This document shows positions 37,011-49,710 of a stretch of 64,000 nucleotides of DNA, in pieces. The first letter of the stretch is position 1, and each line of letters opens with the position of its first letter. Origin of the DNA: the human T2T-CHM13v2.0 reference genome, Homo sapiens; NCBI RefSeq assembly GCF_009914755.1, contig NC_060931.1; one strand, written 5' to 3'. The notes beneath the pieces are model-generated. The model did no database searches, was not told where the DNA came from, and saw nothing but the letters and a program-made list of their open reading frames with translations. Position numbers and translations under genes: made by a program.

Positions 37011-39994
37011 CCCTTCAACCCCACTCCAAACCCATTATCAGAGGGCTATCCATTGATGGAGTATGATGATATCTCTTGAGGTTGTTTTTGAGCCCAGTTG
37101 CCAGGGCTCTTACATAAGTGGAACAAAGACTGATGAAAATTGGCAGGGACTGGCTCTTCCTTTTTAGTGAATTGTATTTGTTTAACATGACTTTGGGGTT
37201 ATTCCATACATATCTATTTCCACCATCAGTATAAACACAGAATTGGCATTGCAGAAGGGGCCTCTAACAAGAGCCGGGGGAGGGATGCTTAAAAGGTAAG
37301 AGTTGACTCTGCGGTCTCCCTGCTCTCACATGCCTCAGGGAACTTGCCTTGCTGACTGTTAATGATCACCTTAGGCCCTGAAGCACTATGATGAGAGACC
37401 CCCAGTGACTGTTGCAACTTCAGACAAAGCTTCTGGTTCTCCTCCCTTTTTTTTTTTTTTTTTTTTTTTGGTGGGAGAGAGATTGAGAATTTTCGTTTGC
37501 TAGTTTGCTAGAAGGCAAAAGAGAGCTGGAAAAGAGGGGGTGGTCTTACATGTCATCTAATCCAGCTCTTCACTTCCAGAAAGACCTGAGGAACTAACCA
37601 GTACCTCCTGTTTCTAAAGGTCTATGGGAATAAAAACTCTTTGTTCATCCAAGCCAGCACTTGTCAGCCCTCATCGGCAAGGAGTTCCTAGGTCTCACTT
37701 CCTATCCCTACCTGGTGCTCACCTCCTCATCTCCTCTGTTTCCCATGAACAAGAAGAACAGCTGGTCAGTTGCCTCTAGGGTGACTGGCTTAATATCTCT
37801 CATTTGCTGGGAATAATAGTGAGCAAGAGTTTTCCCTGAGTGAAGCGTGTTGCCTGCTAACTAATACCAGAAGAGCCTCCCTCTGATTCATGTTCTGCAA
37901 AAGTGGGTGAGGTAAGGGGAGTGGAGAGAGTCTTGAATGTAAGTGCAGCACACCCAGTTCCTTGAGGAAATGGGAAAGGTGTTTCCATCACACACCTGGG
38001 CAATGAATTTTGCTTCCTACAGCACAGCTGCCTTCTGCAAACCATTCCAAATCAAACCAATTTATTCCAAATTCCACTGCAATATCTGTTAATATCTAGT
38101 GAGATGTTCAAAGTAAGTTAACCATCTACTAGTTATGGGGGTTCTCTTTTTTTATTTCATCGAGAAACACAGACAAAACTGCTAAGATATGTTTCTGTTG
38201 CTAGACCTTAGTCTTATCACAGTTTGAAACTGTAGAAAATCAATTACGTGCTTTGAATTACTCCTCTTCTTGGCGCAAAAGCATTTCTTCATTCTTTCGG
38301 GATAGTGAACACTTTGCAACATCTACCACTAACAGCCTGTTAGGATTCTCTGCTAAATTAATGTAGTACAGATAAAGCAAACAGAAGGCTGGTAGAATGC
38401 TAAACATCTCCTCTTTCCTCTGTGGCTGGCTCCTTGCAGCTTGGGACCATTCTGCCTTGCTGCTACAACATCTGGACAGCATTCAAGGTTGTTTCTCAAG
38501 GACACAAGCTTGCACCTCCGGTGAATTTCAACTTTCAACATCTCTCTGGCTCTAATCTATATTTAATGTTTCATGACTGGTAGTCAAAGAAGCTTCAGCT
38601 AAATATCAGGTTGGAATGAAAATGATCCTTGGGAGAACATTCGCTTCCAGCGTGCGCCAGCAAAGTGTCTGTGACAGAGGCTTTCCCCAGAGATTTGTTG
38701 CCCATTCTTTTGCAGTAATAATAATTATGCCTTATGATTGCTGTGCCTACATAATCAAAGATCGCTTCATCAAATGTGATCCCCAGGGGAAACTGCCTCT
38801 ACTCCTAACCGGATGTCAGTCACAGAGAGCAGCACCCTTAGGGATCCCCAATCTTTTGCTTGCCCTTTTCAGTACTGTGTTGTTAGCATTGTGTTTCTTC
38901 ATATTCTTCTCAATGCAAATGATGTGTAAATCATGCCCTCCAGAAGGCACATGTGGTGAGGGGGAGAGGGTGGGGAGGGAGGTGGGGGCTGGTGTATTCT
39001 CCTCCAGCCCCCTCCTTAACCTACTACAGGGATTTCTCACATGGAGCATAATTACATCTGTGCCATATGGGCTCATTTATATTCTATAACAGGTTAAGCT
39101 AATACGACTCAGAAATATGCTAAAAATACCTCAAAGTATTCTAGAGCTGTCAAAATACTTGTCATTTCTTGCTCACCCATTTGATTGCTAGTGTTTTTAT
39201 TTTTGTTGGGAGATTTGAAGAGCTAAGAAAGCATGCTGGTGTGCTGGTGTCCAGTCTATAAATACAGTTTAATTTCCTGTACTGTTATAATACTTGGGTT
39301 TGCAAAAAAAAAAAATCTTTCTTTATAATCCTGGAATGGCCCCAAGACATGGGCACTGAAGCCCCTATACTTGTAGATTTTAATTTCCCAAGAGGTAGAA
39401 AATACAGATTTCAGATGTGCGGTTTTGTCAGCTTTAGAATATTTCTTGTCTTTGTTTGATGTAATTATTCATTGTGATAGAGAAACACCTGCAGCGGGCT
39501 GACATACCATAGAAACATGCTGCTTGAGTTAGTTATAAGAGTTTGTTTGGATGTCAGACAAATCTTGTCAAGATTTTACATGTGGCATGATAATGAGAAG
39601 TACAATCTGTAATGAGTAATGAGTTCGACAATGATTTACAAGGGCATGTTGGGTTATTTTTATGCAGTGGTTAAAGTCCATCAACATACTAATTTCTACC
39701 ATCAGTTTGGAAAATTGGTAGGTCATGCTTGTGTAGGCTTTTAACCTAATGGCCTGTTTATGTAATTAATTTTTTCATTATTATTACCTTAACATATTAT
39801 GGAATTTTAAAAATTAGTCTTGGGAACAGAATAGCAAGCACAAATATTTTACTTTTCCATGCTTGACAAGCAACATTTCCAAGGTTTATAAGGTGCTAAT
39901 CACATCAGCCATCAGTGAAACACACCATTTAACTGAAAACTAAACTCATACAAAGCCATACTTTTCTTATTTGCTAATAACTGTTCTATGCGAG

Positions 39995-40232
39995 CTGGTT
40001 GATAGAGTGGTTAAGACTACCTGGGCTCCAATCTCAATTCTGCCACTTGCTAGCTTATTATCTCGGCAAATGCCTTAATTTTTCTAGTGCTCAGTTCCCC
40101 CAACTGTAAAATGAGCCTAATAACCATAGCTATCCCCAAGGGATTGTGGAAAGTATAAAACAAGATAATATAGTAAATCTTTAGGCACAATGTCTAACAC
40201 TTAGTAATCACTTCGTAAGTATTAGTTATTAT
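39995..40232 (+). mobile_element. Near full-length MIR
   Basis: AGTGGTTAAGA..CTGCCACTTGCTAGC..CTCAGTTCCCCAACTGTAAAATG..AGTATTAGTTATT. Confidence 0.8.
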
Positions 40233-40837
40233 CACTGGTATTGATTTTGGTTTTAACATAAACAGCTTTTAATATAATTATATGACTCTTTTAATTAAAA
40301 AATACATTTTACCAAAATCATGTTAGTTGCACAAACTTCCATTTATCTTAGATCATGCAGGCCAGAGATTCTTGACATTTTTGAATCACATAACCAAGTT
40401 CTTACTTCATTTAGAATCAGTAGGTATTTCATGGCTGGCTTAGGAAGAAAGGGAAAAATTCAGTGTTAATGTACCAAAGACAGGTTTTTCTATTTAAAGT
40501 ATTATTTTGAAATATTTGTACCTTAAGATTATTCAGGACACAATGTATTTGAACTCCTGCAATTGAAATGTTACATTTAAATAAGAAGGAATTCTAGTTT
40601 ATAGTAAGCAAATGATTGAGCCAGTAACTATAGCCAAGTTTTGAAAATTTGCTTCTTTAAATCCTTAGTAAAGAGCGATTTGAATACTGTGAAGGTAGAT
40701 GTGTGTTTAACACTCTACTGTAGATACATGTACACAAGAGAATCTAATTTTGAAGTCTTCATTTAAGTGTTTCTATTCAGCCTCTTGACCTTGGAGAGAG
40801 TCATGTGCCTTCCTAGTTACAAGATTGGGCTCTAGAT

Positions 40838-41364
40838 CAGGGGTCCCCAAACACCAGGGCCACACAACAGCAGGGGAGTTGGGCTGGGGGGCAAGGGAGA
40901 GAAGGTTCATCTGTTTTTTACAGCCACTCCCCATTGCTCACATTACTGTTTGAGCTCCACCTCCTATCAGATCAGCAGTGGCATTAGATTAGATTCTCAC
41001 AGGAGGGCAAACCCTGTTGTAAATTGTGCATATGAGGGATCTAGGCTGCATACCCCTTATGAGAATCTAATGCCTGATGATCTGTCACTGTCTCCCATCA
41101 CTCCCATATGGAACTGTCTAGTTGCAGGAAAACAAGCTCAGGGCTCCCACTAATTCTACTTTATGGAGAGTTGTATAATTATTTCATTATATATTACAAT
41201 GTAATAATAGTAGGCACAAAGTGCACAATAAATGGAATGTGCTTGAATTATCCCAAAACCATCTTCTCACTCCACCCCCGCCACCCCTCCTCTGCTCTCC
41301 AGTCCATGGAAAAATTGTCTTCCATAATACCAGTCCCTGGTGCCAAAAATGTTGAGGACCACTG
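40838..41364 (+). mobile_element. MER1A hAT-Charlie element (copy 2)
   Basis: TIRs CAGGGGTCCCCAA / TTGAGGACCACTG; perfect 8-bp TSD CTCTAGAT at 40830-40837 and 41365-41372. Confidence 0.93.
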
Positions 41365-43269
41365 CTCTAGATGACCTCTCAGGCCTTTCCCTCATCTTCA
41401 GGCTAGTTATACTACCATAAAAGTGGAATAAAGTTCCTATGGTAAGAAGGGCTATAAGTTGCCTAGTCACTGCACACTTTGTATGTTTGAATTGAAGGTC
41501 TAATGTAAATCTGATGTAAATATAGGGATCTTCTTTTTCACTCATCTTGGCTTTGTGGTTAGGGATGGGGCGATGGCAAAGCGAGATACAGGCAGCCTTT
41601 TACAAATGAGCATCCCCACCCCGTGTTCTGGCCAGGCTGTAGGCAGTAGGTTTTCAGACAAGAGTGGCAAGGATTTGAAATTAGTAGCCAGGGAAATAGC
41701 AGTGTGATTTCAGATTCTCATGACTTAGGAAATTCCATGCTTAAAAGCGATATTTTTTCAGCTTTTAGACAATGTTTTCTTTCCTCTCAAAATTACTCCA
41801 GACTTTTCTGCAGAGATTACAACATGAACTTTCAATGGTTAAAATTCAGCCACATTTTCTTTTTAGTTTTCTTGTGTCAGTTGTATTGTAAATTGGTTTA
41901 AATTAAAAATAAAAAAATTTCCAAAATGATAAATGGGATTTTTCCTCAGACCGAGTCAGCATGAGATTAATGCTTTCACAATTTTGTACAATTTCAAATC
42001 AAATGTCATGTGATTCAATCCTAAATCTTTTCTTATATTATCTTCCCTAACCTATTTCTTTATTGTCAACATGAGACTACAGAGGATGTTAGAGAGAAGG
42101 ACAGGTAGAAATCTACTTGATTGAGAGTCAAGGAGGGGGGGGGTCTTTTTCTCTGTGGAGTTTCTTTTAATAGGTCAGGGATAAAAACCTTTAGGAAAAG
42201 CTGAAACTAAAAGTGAAACATAAGACGACCACTAGGTTCACAAACACAAACATGTATTTTGTTCCCGGGGTGGAGAGAAGGGTGCGTTTGTGTGTATTTA
42301 CTTTTACTTTGAACCAGACTTAATTACAAATTTAAAATTAACTGACATTCTCTTTAAATATGCTTACTTCAGTGTACCTTACCAAAGGACAAAGACCCCA
42401 CAGTTGAAGCCTATCCGCTCAACTTATCCCTGAATGGGAGAAGCATCTACTAAAGCAATCTAAGTTATAACCATTCTAGTTTTCCATGCCAGATTTGGAT
42501 GCTTAAGCTTTAGAAACATAGCTACTGTTTTCCCATATTTTCTGTAAAGGACATGTGTCCTCTCTAGAAGGAAAGCTTACTTCAAATTTGAACATCTCCA
42601 TTTGGAGAACTTTTGGACAGAAACACAACTTTCTAGAGTTTCAATTGACTGAAAAGAAAACTCTTATATGGAAAAAATACCGTCTGAAGATGAAAGAAAA
42701 TTCAGAAATTGGCTGTAAAACTGTGTCACATCTCACATTACCTAAGTGAACTAACACACAGAAGACAGTGGGAAATCTGGGAGCTGTGACTAAATTATTT
42801 ATTTTTAAAAATGCTCTTATGAAATTTAATGCACCAGAGATAATATGTTTACTCTCTTTTGTTGTTTTTTGTTAATGATTTTTTCCCTATTTTTTTGTAG
42901 GAAATTTAGAAAATAATAAAGATACATAGAAAACAATAAATTTCACCCAGAGATAAATACCACTGACATTTTATTTCCTCAAGTCTTTTCTCTATGCACA
43001 AAGATATATTTAAGAAAATGGAATTGTACTACATATAAAATTAAATATCTTGGATTCCCTACTCCCTTAGCATTTTTTAATCATTTCTTCATGTCTTTAA
43101 CTATTTTTTCCAAAATTCTGTTTTTAATGACTGTATAATATTTCATTGCACAGTTGTAGCATAACTTTGTTTTCCTTAATTTACCTTTTGGGGTTTTAAC
43201 TTCTTGGTGATCTCCATATGCATGAATCATCTTTCTAGTGTCTTGTGATCTTAGATCCCCGACCTCTTT

Positions 43270-45930
43270 TTCCCTCATTGTGTGGCCTCCCCTCTGCAGT
43301 CCCCACTCCCATGGGCAGGCCTTGCTAGACCATGCTATTTCGTTCTCTCAATGTCATGTATTACATGTGATCAACATTGCCCGACTTTCTCTCTAATACT
43401 CTAACCTGACTGGGACCTCCAATTCTTCTACCACCCTTTCACTGTCCATCACCACTTCACGTCCTTACTCCCCTCCATACCCAGCTGAATTCCATCCTCA
43501 ATAATCACTCTCAATTGCACACACCTTCAAGGAAAAAAATTTCCTTGCTGCTTTTCTACTTTTTTTAATGCTTGTTTGAAAAAAACCACAGGTTTTTAAA
43601 ATTAAACTCTCTGCATTCTCTGTATCTGCACCTGGGTAACTTACTGGAGCTGGAGAAGAAAAGAACACAACCATGCTGATTGATCTCACTTTAAATTCAT
43701 AAGCACAAACTCAAGTGAACCCGTCCTGATTCCACTAATCACCCTACGCCTCTTTAGTCCATTTGTTCACCCGTTCACTGACTATTTGATATTCTCTTTT
43801 TTCTCCTCGAATCTCTGACATTTCCTCCTCCCATCTGTATTGTCTTAGCTGATGATATTGCATTCTACTTCACTGAGAAAACTGAAGCAATTAGAAGAGA
43901 ACTTCCCCTGACCCTTATAATCACATGTCCACACTCATTCCATCTGCCTCTCATCTGCTACATTCCCACCTGCTATCATAGATAAGGTCTCCATTTTGCT
44001 AACTAAAGCCAGTCCCTCCAGCCATGACTAGTTCCCATCCGGGACACTGCCTTAGCAATTATCTTTTCTGACTCCTATATTATCACAATGTTTCTTCTCT
44101 ACTGGATCATTCCCAGTAGCTTACAGACATGCTGTTATTCTCCCATCTTTCCCTACAAGTTATCACCTCATTTCTTTGGATTGCTTGCCTCAAAACTTGT
44201 TGAAAGGGATGTCTTTAGTTGCCATTTCTGATTCCTCTCCTTTATTATCTTCTGAATCCTCCCCAGTCTGGCTTTTGCTTCCCTCGACTCCTTCACTGAA
44301 ACTGCTCTTGTCAAGATCACTAGTGACTTCCATGTTGCTAACTGCAGTGGCCAATTCTCACTTCTCATTTTACTTGACCCGTCTTCGTTTGGCTCTGGGA
44401 CAACACACTGTCTTGAATTTCCTCCTATCTTCCTAGCTGCTTCTTCTTTGTCTCATTTGCTGACTTCTCCTTTTCTACCTTCCCTCTGAATGTTGATCTC
44501 CAGTGCTCAGTTCTTGATTCTCTTTTCTTCTCTATCTTTACTTCCTTTTTTAGGCGATTTCATCTAATCTCATGGCTTTAAATACCACTTAAATGCCTAA
44601 GACTCCTAAATTTACCTCTTCATCCCACACCTCTCTCCTGACTCCAGGCTCACATACAGTTATCTACTAACGTCTTTATTTGGTTGTCTCAATTGAATAT
44701 GTCAAAAACAGAACTCCCAATATGGCCCCCTCACTTGTTCTTCTGGCGGCCACTCCCATCTCAATTGATGGAAACACCATCTTCCCAGGGCTCAGGTCAC
44801 AACCTTGAGATCATTCTTGACTCATAGTTTTCTCATGTTCCATATCCAATTCATCAGAAAATCTCTTGCTCTACCTTCATCCTATATCCATAACATGACT
44901 ATTTCTCAGTGCTACCTCTGCTGCCGCCTTGGTCTGCACCACCGTCATCAGCTTCCTAACCTTTCTGTTTCTATCTTTGTTCTACCCACCATCTAGTCTC
45001 AGCACAGAAGCCAGAGTGACCCTTTTAAACCTAAATATGGACCCAGTGGGGGGGCTTGCTGGCTTGCGCCTGTAATCTCAACACTTTTGGAGGCTGAGGC
45101 AGGAGGATTGCTTGAAGCCAGGAGTTTGAGATCAGCCAGGGTAACATAGGGAGACCCTCTCTCTACAAACAAAATTAAAAATTAGCCAGACATGGTAGTG
45201 TGCACCTGTAGTCCCAGCAACTTAGGTGGCTGAGGTAGGAGGATCACTTGTGCCCAGGAATTCTAGACTGCAGTGAGCTAGAATTATACCACTATACTCC
45301 AGCTTGGACAACAGAGTGAGACCCTGTCTCAAACAAACAAACAAAAAACCAAAAATACCCTACTTCTCTGCTCAGAATTTTGTAACAGCTCCCAGTTTAT
45401 TCAGAGTAAAAGCCAAAGTCCTTACAATGGTCTGCTAGGCCCTAAGTGTTCGGATCCCAGTTACCTGTCTGATCCTTTTTCTCTTTGCCCAATTTGCCCT
45501 GCTCTAGCCACATTGGCCTCCTTGTTGTTCCTCAAACATGCCAGACAAACTCCCCTCTCAGGCCCTTTGCATTGGCTGTTACTTTAGCCTGAAAAGCTCT
45601 TCAGTCTTTATGCTAATACCACTTCTCAATAAGCCTGCTCTGCCTCTTTATGCTATATTGTGCCCCAACACCTCCTGCTCTCCTATTATAGTACCTTCCT
45701 TCTTCTTTTCCTCCCCATATTATATGGAAACGCTTCTTGTATTGTATAAAAAGCTTCTAACAAGCTACATAATTTATTTATTTATTATGCTTGTGTCTAT
45801 TATCAGCATTCCTATCTCAAACTTAAGCTTTCACAGTGTCAGGGTCTTCGTTTTTTGTTCACTGAGATATTCTAAACACTGAGAACAATGTCTGACACAT
45901 AGTAAGTATTCAATAAATATTTGTTCAAAA
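43270..45930 (+). mobile_element. Long L2 (L2a-like) remnant with decayed ORF2 and 3' end, interrupted by an Alu
   Basis: TACTTCACTGAGAAAACTGAAGCAATTAGAAGAGAAC, CACTGAAACTGCTCTTGTCAAGATCAC, CATGGCTTTAAATACCAC, and tail ACACATAGTAAGTATTCAATAAATATTTGTT. Confidence 0.85.
45050..45355 (+). mobile_element. AluJ-like SINE inserted in L2
   Basis: GCGCCTGTAATC..GGAGGATTGCTTGAAGCCAGGAGTTTGAG..GAGACCCTGTCTC with a CAAA-type tail. Confidence 0.9.
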
Positions 45931-46054
45931 ACCTTCAATAAATAATAAGCCTATTTATATAGAAAAGGCAAACATTTAAAGGCACGTTAACCTTCTTACT
46001 TCAGTCTATATTTGTTTTGAAAAACCTGCCTTCTGAAGTGAACTATAATTCCTA

Positions 46055-46984
46055 ACTTTGGTTTGAATCCCCTCACATGAAGCTTCATGTTTCTATTCTT
46101 TAGAGAACATAACTTTCAAAAATGTTTTGAGGATGAATAAAATGAGATAGAATAACCAAGCAAGCCAAATAGCTAAGTGAAAAATTAGAACAACCATCTG
46201 GATATTTCAGTTACAAGAATTTCAGTGGTGAACTCCTGTTGAGCAGTGGAATATATAACTCCCAGCAGAAATACTTTAATTTGTGGATTGGAGGATAAAG
46301 AGTGGTGGGTTGGAATGGGTATACTGGGGTGGGGTTGGGGATTAGGAGTGAAAAGGAAGTGGAAAGTAAAATGGTAGGAAGATGGCTGTGCTAGCAAAGG
46401 CATCAAATACCTAACTCGCATAAATGACCATGCCTATATGTTACAGGTTGGAAATGCCTACGTTTTTTAAACAGATAAATTGCACACATTTACTGTACAG
46501 CATAAAAAGGATGACATTTATCTTTTCCTTGGGTCTGAAATGTATTTCTATCACTTGGCTGGTTTGTTTTTAACTCACACTGAAAACCGAACTGTAAGAA
46601 GTTTGCCTAAACTTCTCCCCCACCCCATGTTATACAGCCTCAGCTCATGCTATTACTCCAAATACAATAATCTGTTGGGAAAAATCAGGGTGATTTTAAA
46701 GAGATCATTTTCAAGTATGAAAGCATTTGAAACCAGTTGGGAAGACAGGAGGGGCAATAGCTAAACAAATACCTGCATTAGTCAAGGAGCACTCAGAAAC
46801 AGGGCTCGACCTGCTGGGAGAGGATTTTGCTAAGGAAAGCCTGTACTCACAGAAGAAGGAAGCAAAACGGCCTCATAGGAAACCAGTCATGTGTGTGTAC
46901 ACTGTCTGCAGCCATTTTCAGTCACTTTGGTTTGAATCACCTCACATGAAGCTTCATGTTTCTATTCTTCAGAGAAAATAACTT
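46055..46984 (+). repeat. Dispersed 61-bp direct repeat (46055-46115 and 46924-46984)
   Basis: 58/61 identical; both copies contain the palindrome ACATGAAGCTTCATGT. Confidence 0.95.
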
Positions 46985-47644
46985 GATTTAGAGAAAAAAA
47001 CCTGATCAGTTTTAATCAGAGTTTCCTATTTGTATGTTTTTCCAGTTTACTTCTAGTGTTGAGAAAAATTATTATTTAATGGTGAGCATAGGGTAGGATG
47101 GGGCAGGAGTAGGGGATGGGGGAACTCTCACAAAGTAATCACTCTCCTTCCTTAATATTGCCATGTTTTACTTATTTAGGAGAAATAAAAAGAAAGTAAA
47201 AGAAGTCATTATAAGGCCCCAACAAGGATATTCAAGTCTCAGAAGGGCAGCAGGTAGCCAGGGGAGCAGAGTGCTGGTTTTTTAGGAGAACAGAGAAAAC
47301 TGGCCAGTAGCAGAAGAGAGACAGGAATGCTAGGATGGGTGGATGTTGGAGACGCTGACATTTACAACAGAATAGTGATACAATGCTTTATTGAGAAGGG
47401 AGCACTTGAGCCAAGACCTAAAGGGAGTGGGGCCATAAGTGATGGGTAGCAAAGACCCTGGAATGGGGACTTACATGGTGGGTTTGAATAATTTCAAGGA
47501 TGCTATGTGGCTGGAGTTGAGTGACCCTGCTTTATTTCTCCCTGTAACATTCAGCACCGTCTGACGTGTGATACATTTTCTTATTCATTTGTTCTTTTTC
47601 TATATCCCCAGCACTTAGAATGGTGCCTAGAACATAGTAGCTGC

Positions 47645-48035
47645 TGTAAGGGTGCAGTGCTTTGCAACCAAGATCTTCTTCAAAATGAAGACTCCTGTGA
47701 GTGCTGCCAAAAGACAGTTCTCACCTATCAGCCCTCATTGGAGATTGCCTATGGCCAAAATTACACAAGACCTGATCAAGCAAAGGTATTGTGAAGATTG
47801 ACTGAGCAGAGATATAAAAGCCTGGACACCATGCCCCAACTTGGGACAACTCTGAAGGGCCACAAGTTCCAACACTTCCCATGGAGTTGCCTGAACCCTT
47901 TGCTGAGACCACATCAAAGCTCAACTTTTCCCTTTGCCCAGTTTTGCTTCCTTTCACTCCTTTTCACAGGTATTGATTTCAAGAGCCCTCCCTGTTTAAT
48001 GTGCTCTGTCTCATAGCCTGCTGCTCAGAGAACTC
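47645..48035 (+). mobile_element. LTR16-like ERVL solo LTR
   Basis: GATATAAAAGCCTGG..TTGGGACAACTCTGAAGGGCC..GCTCAACTTTTCCCTTTGCCCAG..CCTTTTCACAGGTATTGAT. Confidence 0.75.
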
Positions 48036-48194
48036 TCAAATCTCTTCTTTCTCTGGTCCACTGAGAATAACTGCAAACCCCAAATCCTTCCCTCAGTTTC
48101 AAACACATTTCAATCAATATCTTTATGGGGTCTGAGAGGTTGAATTATTTTATCTGACTCTTTATTATTTCCTGTGTCTACATTCTATGCCTGG

Positions 48195-48570
48195 TAGTTT
48201 TGCATTTTCTGCAACTAAAGATGGAATGTCCTTCTCAGCCTCTTAATTTTGGGCTGGACTATGTGTTTTGCTTTGGCTAATAGAATGTTAGCAGATGTGA
48301 TGCAAAAAGCAGTTTGAAAAGTGCTTGCGTGGTTGGGCTTGCCATTTGGTGTGCCTCTGCCATCACCATGAGAGGAATGTACCCTGAATAACTCAATGGG
48401 ACCAAAAAGGATGAAAGACATGTGAGGAAGACCCAGACCTGCAGACCTGCAATGTGAAGCAAAACCTGCCCAGCTGACTCAAACATCTGGAGAAACAAAA
48501 TAATTTTTTTCAGTCACTGAATTTTGAAGTTGTTTGTAATACACCATTGTGGCAAAGGCTAATTGCTGCA
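48195..48570 (+). mobile_element. MLT1I-like MaLR LTR
   Basis: TTGCTTTGGCTAATAGAATGTTAGCAGATGTGATGC..CCTCTGCCATCACCATGAGA..GTGGCAAAGGCTAATTG. Confidence 0.72.
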
Positions 48571-49369
48571 AGATGTAATTCTTACCACAGTAAAGTCAAA
48601 TGTTTACATCTTTATGCAAAGTAGTTTAGCTACTTGTCCCAATTGTCTCCATTCCAGAGTAGCATTTTAGCTTTAACTTTGCATAATGAAAATGCATGTT
48701 AGAATTATTTCTCATAATGAAAAGAGAAGTCTTCTTATAAAGGTGAATTTTTTCTCTATCTATGGAGGTAGAAAACCTATAACTACTTTTAAAGGGCAAC
48801 TTTCTTATTTCTGAAAAAATATGTGAAAGCTTAGCTGTGCATTGTGCTTCAGACGAAAATCCAGATTTACCAAGAAGACAAATTAGTGAGTGATTGGTTT
48901 TCTTTCTGATCTTTCTGATGCAGTATTTATCCATAAATATGCCCTTCATTTATAAAAATATTTTTTGGAATAATGATTCTCTTAGTATGTCTGTCTCCTG
49001 CCACTGGATTCTATGTCTCCTAAGAATGGACAGGAACAGCATCCTGTTCATCTTATGTCTCCAGTAGCAATTCCAGGGCCTGGCTCATTGTAATTGGTCA
49101 ACAGTTGCTTGTTGAGTTTCTTTATAATTAAATGCAGATCCCGTAGTAATTCACATGAGTAGGAAAACGATGAGGATTGGGATGACCTTAGAGGAGGTTC
49201 AGAGAATAAGTGTTGTTGGTAGTGACCCAGAAAGATTGGATAGAATTTGAGTTGACAGAGAACAGAGGGAAAGTAATTTAAGCAGGGAGTAAAATGAGCA
49301 AAATGCAATGACTGGAAAGCACAAAGCTCATTTCAAATGTGATTTACTTTACAAATATTTTTACATATA

Positions 49370-49710
49370 CAGTCATCCCTCAGTATCCATGGAGGATTGG
49401 TTACAGGACCCCCTGCAGATACCCAAATCTATGGATGCTCAAGCCTCTGAAATAAAGTGGGTAGTATTTACATACAATCTATGCACATCCTCCTGTACAC
49501 CTTTAATCATTTCTATGTTATTTATAATACCTAATACCTTGTAAATGCAATATAAATAGTTGTTATGCTATATTTCTTAGAAATAAGGACAAGAAACAAT
49601 CTATACATATTCAGGTAAGACACAACCATTTGTTTTCCTTCTCAAGTATATTCAATCTATGGTCGATTGAATCCACAGATGCAGAACCCATGGATAAGGA
49701 GGGCTGACTG
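49370..49710 (+). mobile_element. MER2 TcMar-Tigger element
   Basis: TIRs CAGTCATCCCTC / GAGGGCTGACTG with TA on both sides. Confidence 0.9.

Noticed and set aside
38616-39089. 157-aa ATG ORF
   Set aside because: No recognisable domain, promoter or splice context; better explained as non-coding, possibly regulatory, DNA.
46055-46984. CRISPR-like or LTR-retroelement reading of the palindromic 61-bp repeat
   Set aside because: Only two copies with an 808-bp spacer in mammalian DNA; no cas genes, PBS/PPT or TG..CA ends.
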